Positions 1 to 13,903 of a stretch of 64,000 nucleotides of DNA are shown here, in pieces. Source of the DNA: Calcarisporiella thermophila CBS 279.70 (lineage: Eukaryota > Fungi > Calcarisporiellomycota); the NCBI RefSeq assembly GCF_041956535.1, contig NW_027192197.1:631829-695828 (forward strand), written 5' to 3'. The position numbers and the translations under genes are program-made. The notes under the pieces were generated by a model. That model made no database searches and was not told the origin of the DNA. It was given only the letters and a program-made list of their open reading frames with translations. Every line of letters begins with the position of its first letter. The stretch's first letter is position 1.

Positions 1-1338
1 CGCTAAGCCAAACTTTCCAGACAATAAGACAGATAGCACCTAGAGGGAGGAAGGGAGAAGGTACGATTATTTAAAAAGACTGCTAGGGCGGAGGTCCATC
101 TTAGAGCTTACCAGTTGTAAGTGAGAGACTGGCAATAATAATGACAAAGCGTCTAATTTCAATTTGAAGTGTTGTCGAAGAATTGGAGCTAGCCGATGAC
201 AATTTAGCAATACGACCCATAACTGTGTTATCACCTGTGGCAATAACAACACCAATACCGCTCCCATTGGTGACATGAGTACCCATAAGAGCAATGTTCT
301 TTGTCTCAAGGAAGTTCTCATCCGTGCATTCCGTGCTACCGGCAACGGCATCACTCTCACCAGTGAGGATGGAGCGGTCGAATTTAAGATCTCCTGAAAT
401 CTGTACCAAACGAATGTCTGCCGGAACCTGTAATAAGTGGACAAAGTAGTTAAGTTCAGATTTGTAGACCAATATGTATCTATCTGGTAGCGTGGGGTGT
501 CTACCTTATTTCCCAAGTTCAAAAACACGATATCTCCAGTAACAAGCTCGGTTGCCGCCAATTTTAGCTTCTTTCCCCCTCGTAGGACCATTGTTTCAGC
601 CGGAAGCATGTTGTTGATAGAAGCCATCACTCTCGCTGTAGACCAGTCTTGCCACGCGTTGAATGCAGCTTGAATGGCGACTACGATAAGCAGCAATATG
701 GCGAGCGCAAGGTTGAGCGGATCTGGATTTGGAAGCCCGAGAGGCTGCCATGAGATCCAGCAGATCAGACTGGCAAGCCAGAGCAGTGCACCGAAGCCTC
801 CGAAGAGATAGGAGGCGATCTTACGGAGGTAGTTAGTTCTGGCCGGAGTGATAGCGTTTTTGCCATTTTGTTGTAGGCGTTTAGTTGCTTGATCCAGCCC
901 CAATCCCTCTAGAATGGAGGTGGAAAATCTTAAAAACACCTCATTGACGGGAATTTTATGCAGGTCCGACTCGGCGATTTCTATTGGATCAAATTTTAGC
1001 AACGAGTACCTCGGGTTCTTCAGAGCTTGAAGATTCAACTAGATACCTTTTGCAAGAGGAGCATTTGCAGGTTTAAGCTGCGCTTGCTGCGTCTCTGTAA
1101 CGTGGATGCTGAGGGTTCTGTAGCGGATGGGGATAACGCTGGCAAGGGTGGGGCGCTTGAAACGCACCTTTTCATCCGAATTCGAGCGCAAAATGCTGGA
1201 TTCTGTAGGTGTACGCGAGAGATTGTGAGATTGGAAACCGTCTCTGCTCTGGCGTGTATTGGAGCGTTCCAAATCGACCGCCGTAGGATTTCCAGAAGCT
1301 TTCGCGTCCTGGAAACTCAGGCCTTTCTCCTCGTCCAT
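1..1338 (-). CDS. P-type cation ATPase, Na+/K+-ATPase alpha-like (P2C), 5' part; runs off the left edge
   Basis: Exons 1338-1047, 980-505, 427-112 and 39-1 joined by GT-AG introns. Motifs: GL..A..RL...G.N, two TM helices, 'LVTGDIVFLNLGNKVPADIR', actuator 'DRSILTGES', 'VIATGDNTVMGRIA', 'TTLQIEIRRFV'. Confidence 0.85.
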
Positions 1339-2408
1339 GGCTAGTGAAGGTGAGCAAAAGAGTCTGGCTTGGGAACAGCTCGATATCTCGTCTTTTAAAG
1401 AAGATATGACGGCCTGAGCTATTTATTTGGGTGGGTGATGAGCTATTTATGCTGTAGTTGGTATTTGCGTGAATTAATAGAGGTTCTCCCTGGCTGAACT
1501 TGTGGTATTACCAAACAAAGTGGAATCGCCCCGCTTAAAGTCAGTTTCGACTGATATTATCCACTCAATTGAAAACTTCTGTCTTAAAGGATTTAGACCG
1601 ATGTGTGGATCAGTACACAGGATAGGAAAACGCAGAGAGCTAAATTTTGAGGGATTTATCTAAAACCGAAAAGGCTAAGTTTACAACGTCATACTCCGAA
1701 GTCTGCGAAGCCCACAATTGGTCATGAAGAAGTAAAAAATAGGCCAACTACGTTAATAAAGGTAGAGATAACGCTCATCTCAGGTAAAAATTTAACTAAA
1801 TCTGTTATTACGCGACACAGGTATGGAAATGCTATCATTTTTAAGGTGCCAAGCCTCGATGGAGCATAACTTTCTCATTGGGAGGCAGAATAATCTACGA
1901 CTAATTATCTATTATTTAAGAAAGTTAGCCTCTTCGTCATGATCGTTCAGGCACTTCTCCTGGTCTCCCATATAAATATTGGATCGCATCCTAAGGGTGT
2001 TAATTTTCTTTTTCAACCTATTTTTTTTTGCCCTCTTTGATATTCAATCTTATTTGCTATACCATGAATAGTATTGAAGACCAGAGAAAATCACTGGCAA
2101 ACTCACTGCCTTAAAATTGTCTTTTTGCTTACGTGGTTTTAATCTCGAATTCTCACACAGCCAGGCTCGATGAAAAAAAAATATATCATTGGGCCAGCTC
2201 AGTATTCGAGGGAGAGCAATCGGCATCGAAATCTTATAAAAAATAGAGCTTCGATGCTCTAATACATTTTCCGTCAACTTCAGTTTGATACGCCACCTCT
2301 GAAATTGAAGAGGCTTCAACCATTACCAAATTGGGGTTTTGTAAGCCATGTGTTTTGTACGGGTTTTCTGTCCGTTCTACCGCTCTACTTTTCAAAATTC
2401 ATTGAAAA

Positions 2409-4376
2409 ATGAATGATTCGCATGATTCTAATAGATCTGCATTTAAGCCCTCATGGTTCGACACTAACTTAGATGTAATAGAACATATTATCGAGTATCT
2501 TGACACCCAGAGTGTCGTCAACCTGTCGCAAACCAATTCCACACTTCGAAGCATCTGTCTTGCCACTATTGCCTGCCGGAAAGCAAAATGGAAATTGTTT
2601 TCCCCTAACGAGACGTCAGCACCCCCTGTATTTACAACACGATGTGGCGTAATGGTGGGAGAACACGAGTTCGTTGTGCCTTTTATGACCTCAAATCCTT
2701 GTTGTTACATTTTGAATCTGGACACTTTCCAGTGGAGCCGCAAGCTAGTGGAAGTCGATGATCCTAATTTTCAGCCGTTCATTGCTCCATGTGTGTCGCT
2801 ACACCACAAAATATACATGTTTGGTGGGCGTAAAGTCCGGCCGTACCGACTATCAAATGATTTATATGAACTCGATATGAAAACAATGAAGCTTTCCAAA
2901 AAAAATCCAGTTGAGGGAACGCCTCCGGATCCTAGGCATGAACACTCGGTCGATATAGTTACGAACAGATACATTGTAGTCTTTGGTGGGCTAATCGAAA
3001 ACTCAGCTGGTAGGTTTGGATATAATGGATGTAGCATGTGTAGTCGACGGCGCTAAATCTGATTTCACTTTTGTGATTCTGCCCTAATAGGCGAAAGTGA
3101 TGTCTACCTATACGACCTAACTACAGACACCTGGATTGAGCCTATTGTTCGGGGTCAAAGCCCATGGGGGCGATTCGCGCATTCTACAGCCGTCATGAAT
3201 AGTCACGATTTATTCGTATTTGGCGGCACGCAGGTTCTCGAGAGTGACGATTCCAACCGAGTATTTGATGATTTGTACCGACTTGATTGCCGCACTTTCA
3301 CATGGTACAAATACGATTGGTACCGCTCTCCTAAGCAACAATGCGTCTCCATCTCTCACGATAACACAATGCCAACTTCAGACGAATGCCTTGTGCCCAC
3401 AACAGGTCCTCGTCCGCGCGATCGCCTTGAGTGTGGTATGATTGCTTGGGGCCACAAATTGCTTATTTTCAATGGACACACATTTGGCAACGACCTCGAT
3501 GACCACCTAATCACCTATGACTATCCGCTGCACGCAATAGATGTTTTTAATACTCGGCTCTTAAGATGGACCCGCCTGGACTCACAAATTCACGTAGAGG
3601 ATGCCTCAATCCGTGCCCAAAACATTAGCTATGCTTTCCTTCCTGGTGAGCGTGGCCCTTCAGTGCTAATGATAGGGCAGCAAATTTTGGATAAAGGAGG
3701 GTCGTCAGTGGAAAGCATCCATACGAAGTCGGATTCGTCGTTTGAGGCTCATACCAACGAGATGTCGGGCGAGAGCTATAATTCTGGGAATGAATTGCCG
3801 TCAGAATTCCTTCATCCGATAACCGTGAAAACATGTTCCCGCGACTCTTTTCTAATCACCCTGAAATCCAAAAATTTGGCCAAGGCTGCAGCCATCAGTT
3901 CAGATCAGTCCGAAGAGAGAGTGGAATCCCCACCCAGAAAAAAAAGAGAGCCTGAGAATGGCATCATACCGAACGATAGTATTAGTATATCATTAGCGTC
4001 GCGCTCCAAAGAACAATTAGAGCAAAGTGATTCGGAAATGCATTGTTCAGGGACAGTTGAATCTCAAATCGGCTCGCTCCAGAAGCAATATGCTCGGAAC
4101 TTAATCCTGCAACAGCATGAACAGATGCAAGAAGTAATCAATGAAGACAATCCACACACTCCAGACGGTAGACCACAACCAACCTCTCCCTCATTCTATC
4201 AGAAATCCCAACCGCATTCAAAATCTGTGTCATCGACAACCTCGTCCCCGCTCTCTAATGATACTCATCCCTACGGCGCTGATACGAGTCCCAGCAGATC
4301 GGAATATTTTTGGCAATTCAAACTACGCCAGAACTACATGCTTGCACCATTATACGGGTTGTTATTAATGTCATGA
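2409..4376 (+). CDS. F-box/kelch-repeat protein
   Basis: Exons 2409-3009 and 3091-4376 (in-frame GT-AG intron). N-terminal F-box-like 'LDVIEHIIEYLDTQSVVNLSQTNSTLR'; kelch repeats (IYMFGG, IVVFGG, LFVFGG). Confidence 0.8.
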
Positions 4377-4632
4377 GTTCTTTAGATGTAGGTTATCTAG
4401 ATTGTTTTTATTTTTGCTTTTTTTTTTTCATATACTCATTATTATTTATATTGCATTGTATTATAATCACTGCGAATATTTCTGTTTTTCATATTAGCTA
4501 TATGTGGAGATAGCTATTAAACATTCCTGGTTATATTGGTGTGATAATTTTGCGATATTATTAAAAGCAGAGAGAAAGGAAAAAAAAAATGCATGGCCAT
4601 GAAAAAGATATAGCTTTCTGCAGTGACCCACT

Positions 4633-7600
4633 CTATAGATGTAACACCTCCACGCCATATTCGGGCACCCCTTGGCCTGCTTCCAAAAATCCTCTCCGTG
4701 TAGACTTGCGGCCACTCGTCGAGGATGCTTTTCCTCTTCCTCCAGAAGAGGCTGCAGAGGTAGCTTTTCGCGCATCCTTACCACTGCCTGATTTTCGCTC
4801 AAACAATGCCAGTGGTCCTTGCAATAATTGCAGCTGGTTGCACGTTTCGACTTCTTTCTGCACTAGAGAGACTGCATAATTTAACGAAGGATGAAGGGAA
4901 GGTGTCAGGATAAGGGTTGGGAAATGTGTGTCGAGCAAAAGTGCAAGGAAATCGAGTAACTAGAACAGAAACAGGGTTAGTTGTATTCGCGTAGGAGGTT
5001 TTCAATGTTTAGCGTAAAGGTGAGCAAATGCTTAGGTAGAAATCAGGTTCCATTGATACATACATCATTAATGACTGGGAACTCCTTATTTGTTCGCACT
5101 TCGTAAAGACCATTGAGCAGTGTACGGGTTTCTAGCCACCTAATCAACATACTGAGCACCACCCCAAGCTCTTCTACTGTTAGTTGGTGTAATGCCTGCT
5201 GCATGAAGTAGTCGTTGCGTGGAGCGGCAATGATGAGCGAGAGGAAGTCCTTTACATCGACGTGGCTCTTACTTTGGTGCAGTGCGATAACGCGCTGCAG
5301 AAGCATGATCATATCGGCCTCAGGGATGTCGTGAAGCCTTGTTAGTGCAAGCTTAATGAGACCCCAATCTCTTCGTTCAAGGAGAGCCGGTATTATGCCA
5401 CCATCCACTAGGCTGCTCGATATTAACTGACGATGGATAAGGAATTTGACAACTTTGCTGGGCCAGAAGCTGGAGTCAAATTGGCCATCTGCATTCTTAG
5501 CGAAACATCTTTCTGCAACTCTGCGCACAAAATATTGCGAGAGCACGAGTGGCTCCTAAAAAAAGGAGGAGTGATGTAAATATCAACTTTCTGTAAAGGC
5601 CAAGTTTCTCCGCGCACTAGATAAGTTACCTTTTTCTTTTTGTCTATATCTATTTCCTTTATACCGTTGACTTTGGATTCACCTTCTATTTTGGATTCCC
5701 CATCCACTTCCATAGAACTGGCGTGCTCTATCTCCTCTGTCTCCTCTGTCTCCTCTTTCTCATCTTTTTCGTCTTTCTCCACTTCCTCCTCTTGCTCTTT
5801 TCCGATCCTTTCTTCGACATATTCCATGAACACACTAGCAAACTCTTTTACTGTCGGCGTGTCGTCCTTATTCATCAGCTTTGTCAACACTGCCTCTTCT
5901 CTCTGCTGAACTTGCTCTATTTTGGATTTCCACATTGTCATTAACTTGTCCGGGTCAGCATCTGTAAAAAGTTCTTCTCCAGCCATAGCCTCCATTCCAC
6001 TTCGAACAAGCCCTGCAGGTTTAATTGCAATATAATCAGCCGTGGCACGCATCCGGTTCATTGCACCAAGAAGTGTGAGAGGAGCACAGAAATATGGACA
6101 TAAGAAGACGGATGTTTTTGAAACAGTAATTTTGGATGCAGAAGGAGGGCTTGTGGTGATGGCAAGGACGAGGTGGGAGTTTGGAAGCACAGTCAGCTAT
6201 TAAAACAATATTTAATAATTGCTTTGTAACTTGAAATTGGATTATCCTCTCGTTTACCTGATAGGAAGTTTGCGAGTGCGTTGTGTATTCGTGGGATGGA
6301 GATGGAATCACGGCTTCAGCTTGTAAAGTTCCATACCGTACGTCCCAAATAGTTAGGGTATGCTCGTATTTATCTGTCAGAGTGGAAGCAATGAGCCCTC
6401 AATTCCGAAAAAAAGCTATAAACATGAGTGTGATAACTTACCTGACCCCTCCTGTTTTCGAGCGCCGGAAAGTGCTAGATAATTCCCCTTCAATGGAGCT
6501 ACCGAAACACTCCCAGAAGAAACGAGTGAAAATCCACGTAGAGGAATAGATAGTATTTCGGTCAATGAAATTTGGCCAGATTTTAGAAACTGGATTTGGT
6601 AAATCTTCCAAGAGCCATCTGAGCCTGCAAAGAAAAAATAGTGAAAATAGACGAAATGAGCTATATATCCAAAAAATACACCTTCATGTAAAAAGCAACT
6701 TACAAAGCACAGAGAACTGCCCGGAGGTTGGATCCAAATTAAACGCTAACGGCTTATTCTCCTCCTCAATCCGCACCGTCGCCAAATTATTAACTTTGTT
6801 TCTATCTGAATCAATCCCGAAGAAGTGCACCCTAAACTCTTCTCCTTCTGTGGCCGTCACGGTTAAAATCATTGTGCTTCCTTGAGGAAGTATTGAGGGA
6901 GGAACGCAGGAGGAGGTTGTAGAGAAGATATAGGACCACTTAAGTTGAGCCCCAGGAGCAGTTGGGGCACGCTCGCAAGTGTGTACAACACGTTTGAGAT
7001 CGTCAGAAACCAGCGAGATAGAGCCGTCTTGATTAATGAGGATAATGTGTGAAGGTAGACAAGGAGAAATCTCAAGGGAATATATTCTTTTTCCAAACTG
7101 AATTACGATACTTTAGAGGAAAATTCTCCAACGAAAGTGAAGGGTTCAAAGTTACCTTTTTGGTTGTCTTTCTGGCGAAATTTCTCTCGCTACGCCCGTC
7201 TAGAAGCGCTTTCTCTTCCTCATCATGCCAGCACCAAACTAACCTATGCTCCTCACTTGAAGAAACATCGGATCCACCAGCAACAACAGCATAAACATGA
7301 CGCATAGTTGGTGTTTTAGTGTGGTATTTTGCTGGAGAAGAAAGAATTAATCCAGGAGGCGTTGACCAAGAACGAATGCATTTTTGATCATTTGTCTAGG
7401 GAAGGGAGAAAATTAATTGGATTTAAGGAAAGCAGCAAAATAGATTAATTCAAGCAACCAACATTATAAAGATGCACTCCTTCGCCCTGTACGGTAATAA
7501 CCACAGCATCGATATCAGTTGCACTCTCAATGTCACTGGCAGCCGATCCAGGTGGTGACGAATCAGCTGGACAGCAGGCAACCGAAAACGAGCCCTTGCC

Positions 7601-7654
7601 CGATGTGGTGAACTGTGCAAGTGGAAATGGATGTTCTATAGTTGCACTGGGCAT
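4633..7654 (-). CDS. Utp8/NOL11-like nucleolar SSU-processome protein (multi-exon)
   Basis: Successive minus-strand exons from ATG 7654 to stop 4633. C-terminal 'LHDIPE...LSLIIAAPRND..MQQALHQL..EEL' and terminal 'VPEYGVEVL' resemble Utp8-family proteins. Confidence 0.65.
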
Positions 7655-8694
7655 TGTACAATAGTCGATTAACCTTTTTCCACCGTTTCAAACTTCTTAC
7701 ATCTATATGGAACGAATTCAAATAGAAATAAAAAGTCACTCAGTAAACATGTGGCTTATAATGTTAATTAGCAGTCATTTTCTTTTGTAGCTATTTTAGA
7801 TAGATTGTAAATACAGAATATCACTTCAGTAAAACCACTACGATAACTAGAATCTTAAAAACACTATTTATCTTCCAATAGCTACAAAATTAATATATAG
7901 CGATAATCTAATATTTAATTGTATTTTCACTTTTTAACCTGAGAACTTCAGTTGCGGTAACTAGAAGTCTACGTAGTATAGAAAAAATGATTGGAAGATA
8001 TCGTTAAAATGCCTAGAATACATTTAGTAAAATGAGGTTTCTACCTCATCATGAATGATTCTAGTTTTATTCTAAAATAATGATTTGACGAATACTTTAT
8101 TCCACTGCGTTACAATGCAAGCCTAGGAAAAATCGATCTCTGTTATGGATACCATGTTTCATTACTAAAATGTTTAACTCGAGCGTAAAGTACCGAGATT
8201 GCTAATAGTAATAATAATTTATGGAAATCCTCTTAATTATGACATCAGTAAAAACATATAATGTTTATTCATACAATTCCAATATTCAATAACGTACTTG
8301 TGAAAGAATAACTGTCCTTATATTTTTGCAATTGTAGGCAATTAGATTGTTTGGAATGCAAAGATTATGGAGACTACGTTTATTGAAAAAAAAAGACATA
8401 GTATGTCATATTAGTTCAAAATTAAAAGATATTAACCCTACACGCCTCAATATACTAGTTCGAAGCTCCAAATTAACAAAAAAAACTATAGGGTGTACCT
8501 CAGTTTATAGGAAAAACCGTATTATACTCGAGAGAACAAGTGTGCTTGATAAGTCTGAGTTTCAAATACTTTCAAAAAATTATATAATAATATTGATTTA
8601 CTTTGGAAAATACATCACTAGAAATTCCTCCTATCCGATATATTTAACGATTATGAAAATCAAGTGCCTGTTTCAAAGGAGATTTACAGTTTTC

Positions 8695-8776
8695 GTTCAC
8701 CAAATTGCTAGCAAGGATAATATCCTTGCTAGCAATTTGGTGAACAAATTTTGGACAACAAATTTTGTTGTCCAAA
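8695..8776. repeat. Two adjacent perfect palindromes (25-bp and 13-bp arms)
   Basis: gttcaccaaattgctagcaaggata-a-tatccttgctagcaatttggtgaac (8695-8745) and tttggacaacaaa-t-tttgttgtccaaa (8750-8776). Confidence 0.95.
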
Positions 8777-9202
8777 TGAGGTGATGTCAACTATCCACAC
8801 AACTTTCCGATTTAGGACACTTTGCTGCGCCGTTATTCCAGGCACTAAATTACAACTTTAAGGACATCGGAGAACTCGCAAGCTGGGACAGGTTAATTTC
8901 ATAGCTATCCAATCGCTTAATTCTCGTGTAACTCCGTGTCCAACCCACTTCCTTTGTTGTTTCCCTCTCTATTCCACATCATCGCAATTTCTTCACATTC
9001 TCCCTCTCCATCCACTGCTTTTTCATCAGCCGCTCTAGTTTTAACCACCTTTTCTCTCCTCCTTTTCTCTTCATTTCCTCTTGTGTTGCTTTGTAGGATT
9101 CTTTCATTTTAATTTTATTTCATCTTTTGCTACTCATCTGTAACAATTTATAGTGATTTCCGTTGAAATCAGCAGCCAATTTATTGAACCCTTGTGCCCG
9201 CG

Positions 9203-11025
9203 ATGATTAAAAAGGGGCTCAAGTTTGGTGGCGCTCGCCATGATGACTACCAAAATGATCCTCTAAGGCGACCACGACCTGTTTCTTCAGAATATCTTGA
9301 ATCTGACCAAATGCGTCCATCACCCGAGCGAACCCCCTCATCTGCCTCACTACAGGTTGCTGCGGAGGCCCGCCAACGCCAACTAGAGCGACACTATCTT
9401 GGTGGGCCGAGTTCACCGACTTCACCAAGCAATTATTCTCCAACACTTCCTCTCCCAAATGCATATTCATCTCCTTCAGATCAATACAATGCCTACTCAC
9501 CTTCAGAACAGGCTGGCCGTTACTCACCATCATCTGGACAAGCCATTGCATATTCACCCTCCGATGAGGACAATATCTACTCTCCATCATCAAGAGAGCC
9601 TCACGAATATTACACTTCAGCAAAAGACAATACATACTCTCAGCAAAGTATCCCTGATGAGTACCGTGCAAGTGACGTGTACAAGGCTTCAGGCTATGTT
9701 TCAACACATTTTGAGCTCAATTATCCGTCTTACTACGACACGAGACAGTCGAATGCATACACTTATGGTGACGAAAATTCTGTCCACGATAGTAAAATAT
9801 ACAAGCAGTCATGGAGCCATGTGCGGGGTAGCGTTTACCCTCAAAATCGTGACAGCGAATATTATGATGATTCATTGGTTCATGGCGGTCGCGGAAGCGC
9901 ATATTATGCTTCGTCAATGGGCGATGCATACGAACCTACTGATTCAGTGATTTATGAAGATCGCCATCAAGATGCAGGACAATACCGCGATTCTATGGTG
10001 TCACGCAGTTGGGACGACCGATATTCCAACGATTTCCCGCAGAAAGGCGATTTAGACAAACAGTCTGCAAAAAGTTCTGGTTGGCGTCCGCCTGTGGACA
10101 GTTGGGATAGGAATCCGCCTTCACAATACCCTATTACTAATAATAAACCCCGAGAAAAGGCGCAACCACCCTCTGTGTCAGTTCCGTCCATTTCTATTAC
10201 TCCCTCACCCATGAATAAAATCACAGCCCCTTCATCACAGCAGCCTAGGAGTCCCTCTTCACCTAATAAAAGCGGGCCTTCATCCCGCAAAACCCCTGCC
10301 AATGCTGCTGATGATTTTGTAACCCAAGGAATTCAATTCCATGAAAACGGGCAGCTAGAAAAAGCCACTCACTACTTTAGAATGGCCTCTGAACAGGGTT
10401 CACCGGTCGGGATGCTATTTTATGGGATGTCTCTACGACATGGATGGGTAAGTGTTGATTTTTTTTTTATTGATTGGCTCTTGTTAACCTTTCGCCTATA
10501 AATATAGGGATGTAAACCAAATGCCCACCTCGCCTTCCAATTCTTACAGCGCGCAGCCGAATGCGCTGCTTCTGACCTTAACAGCCTACATAGCGTTAAT
10601 AAATCAGCTGCAAAAGGCGAACTTGTCATGGCAATTTACGAGCTTGGGGTATCATTCCGCCATGGCTGGGGTGTACCAAAAAATAAAGCTACAGCTGCAT
10701 ATTACTTTGAAATAGCGGCGAATTTGGTGCATATTTACAATAGAATATCCCTTGCTTGATAACTTATTCACTTATTATTTGGATTTAATAGGGAGATCCT
10801 GATGCACAAAATGATTTAGGTTTTGCTTATGAACACGGATTAGGAGTGAAATCCGACAAATTCAAGGCGGCAAAATATTATCGGATGGCAGAAAAACAAG
10901 GCCGCGGCCAGGTTGGAAATTCTTGGATTTGGTAAGCCTTAACTAGCGGTGTTAATATTTAAATTTTAACACTATTAACCCTTTGAATTATTAGGAAAAG
11001 TAAATACGATGTAGTTGGAGTTTAA
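9203..11025 (+). CDS. Sel1-like repeat protein, Dsf2/Nif1-like, with long Y/S/P-rich N-terminus
   Basis: Four exons. C-terminal 'GIQFHENGQLEKA...LRHGWGC...IYELGVSFRHGWGV...GDPDAQNDLG...GNSWIWKSKYD' is typical of Dsf2/Nif1-type proteins. Confidence 0.8.
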
Positions 11026-11682
11026 TCGTAGAAATCCATAGAGCAAAATTAAAATTACGGAGCAGAATTTCTTTTTTGATTTGATTTAGTCTACCACTCT
11101 TTTATATATAATTTTCATGTGTTGGATCCCACTACCCTACTTCTCTAGTTAGTCACCGTAGTAATGTTACTAAGCCTCTTTGGGGCCAATTTTGGTTATC
11201 ATTTTAAATTCTTTTTTTTCTTTATCCCGCGCAGGCGCGTTTGTTGTGTTTTGAACTCTCAAGTTAAGGATATTGTTCACTCCACAACTCCTAGCATTCT
11301 CTAGGGTGCCAGCCACAATATGGCTTCTTACTATATTTTTCTTAGTTTTTCAAACCTATATTTTTCCTATCCTATCCCTATTTTCCTTCAGGATTTCGCT
11401 GAAGCAGTTGCAATAAGAGATTTCATTGATACTCTCTTATTATTGTAAATAAAATAAGTTACATAACAACTCTTCACAATTTTTAAATATTTGATTAAAA
11501 TTCTCACTCTTTTTTCTAAAGCGCATATGGAACTGAGTACAGATGCTAATGCAAATATCTCTTCTGATTACAGTATTTGCTTCAATGCTTGTGAGAGCAA
11601 AGTGCCGCAGCAAGATATTTCTCGCGGGCAAATATTTGGGGAATTGAAAGATTCACGGTTTTTTTTAATCTATTAAGGCAGC

Positions 11683-12201
11683 ATGACCGATTTTTTTGGT
11701 GGCAGATTTACACCTCCACCCAACTATACTACACCGAAATGGCCTTCACTCTATTGGCCTCTTGGTGGGAAATCACAGGTTGCACTTTATTATGTCTCGG
11801 GTAAACCATATAAATCCTTTTAAAATTTTCTTTTAGATCAAAAGGTATTTACGCTTTAATACAATAAAGATATCTTCCAGTTTACTCTAATCTGGACCGT
11901 CCTCCTCATTTCTGCAACTTTTGCCTCGGCTGGCCTCTGGGCCTATTTTGTTTTTCTCCCGACTACACGTAGTAGTACACGATGGCGGCATCGTCTTCTC
12001 GTGCACGCCGTCCCCATCGCTTTTGCAACTATTGGGGCTTTTGCAGGTCTAGTGAGTGGAAGTGTTGTAGGAGCACTTCTGGGTCTGATATATAATGCGG
12101 GATATTTCCGCATGTCAACTTGGATGCCCCTTGTCTGGGGCATGGTGCAGGTATTAGTGGTCATTATGGCTAGCTATTCAACTATGACCACAATTTTGTG
12201 A
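11683..12201 (+). CDS. TMEM170-family small integral membrane protein
   Basis: Exons 11683-11800 and 11870-12201: 'PPPNYTTPKWPSLYWP..LYYVSDIFQFTLIW...GALLGLIYNAGYFRMSTWMPLVWG'. Confidence 0.75.
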
Positions 12202-12644
12202 AAATCTGAATCATAGAGGCCCATTTAATATAAGGATGATATGTTTATTTTATTCATTAATATTTTTTGCTATTGTATATGCTTTCTACCCTATTACTTT
12301 ACTTCATACCCATAATCTTGCACATAATTCATTTTATTTTATATTTTGTGGCTATTTCTCGCTACCTGTAATATGCTATAAATAATAGTTAAATTATATA
12401 CACGAAGAGCGAATTGTGATCCTATTTGACTTGAGATCGTCGTGAAGAGAACAATGCTAATAATTCTAGAAATCTGAATGAGAGATATTCAAACCATTCT
12501 CAAACCACAAGCAAATGCAACAGAAAAAAAAAAGCTATCTCCTTACATTTAACTACATCAAGTGAGCTTAATAAATTTTCGAATCCGAATAATAATACTT
12601 AGTATAGAGTAAAGACAAGGGAGGAGAAGCTACGAGAAAAAATC

Positions 12645-12683
12645 ATAATTCCATACTTAGTTTCATACTAAGTATGGAATTAT
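12645..12683. repeat. Perfect 17-bp inverted repeat, 5-nt loop
   Basis: ataattccatacttagt-ttcat-actaagtatggaattat. Confidence 0.9.
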
Positions 12684-13903
12684 ATATTTTGGCAATAGAA
12701 AAAATCTTTGGCACGGTTGACCCGAAAGAAATATTAAGAGATTTGACTCTACTACTTTACAATGTCTCTCATTTCTATAACTGCAAAAATTTGTAGGTTA
12801 TTTAACCAGCCTACCTACTATCTTTGTGTATATTTATGGCAATAAAGTGGTCCTGCTGCTAGTTCATTAGATTCACAAACTCTCAAAATATAATAACGAG
12901 ATTTCTCGTAAGCCGGCTGGAAATCAGGCTTATGAGAATCTTGAACTCATATCATATCAAATAAAGTTTCGAAATTGATAAGAGTTAAAACTTCGATTTG
13001 TAGTATATGGTATCCTTGTTAGACGGAATACAAATACTCGTGGAAGCAACAAGTGTATCATCTTTGATTTTCATTCTATCTCCTTATCCAGTAAAATCAG
13101 TAGCTCATTGATTTAAAATGCGTTAAGAATTGCTATTCAACATTGTTCAATTCAGTGCTTATACCGTACATGTTCACTATATCTGTTCACTGCCAGAATT
13201 TTAAGCCAAGAGGGACCAGGCCGGCAAAAAGTGGAGGAAGTAAACAGCCACTTACTATTGTGCAACACAAATAGTTTTTGCATGACCGGGAATCCATCGA
13301 AGATTCTCGAGCATCACACAAAACACTGCCACATGAGCTTATTTAAATTTTGAGTCGTGTTGAATACGTCCATTTTGCAAGCAAAATGCTATTAAAAATG
13401 CAAATGATCAATCCTTTAAATGACGAGAATAGCACTTGAATAATATACTTTGTGAGTATAAATATAGACAGCTAAAAATAACTAGACACAAAATATGCAA
13501 ATAAATAAAGAAGCGGAGTTAAGAGATATTCAATGTAAACCTAACTTTTGCTCTAAATTTATGCCACTGACTATTTATGGCTGCAACTGTCTGCTGTGGC
13601 TGTTGGTGTGGCTCTCTCTGTGGCTCAAAAGGTATCCCAAAATACCCCTAGTTGTTGGTACTATTCTAGTAGATTTCCATAAAGGACACACTCATAGCTT
13701 TCGGTAATTACCGAGAGGGGCATTTATAAAAAGACGCTATAAGCTATGACTTGCAATAAACATTAACAGGTTGTTTTCTGCTCTACTATTGATATCCTAG
13801 AGAATCCTCGTTCTGCTCCAACTTAGCAATAAAGAAAGAGAACTCCAACATTTCAGACAAAAATAAACGACCGCTTCAACCCATCCTTCCACCACAGTCA
13901 AAC

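Noticed and set aside
1415-1450. 12-bp direct repeat tgagctatttat upstream of the ATPase
   Set aside because: Could be duplicated TATA-like boxes (ATAAATA on the minus strand), but too short to support a call.
8347-8784. 145-aa ORF
   Set aside because: AT-rich, TTG start, no recognisable motif, runs through the palindromes; probably non-coding.
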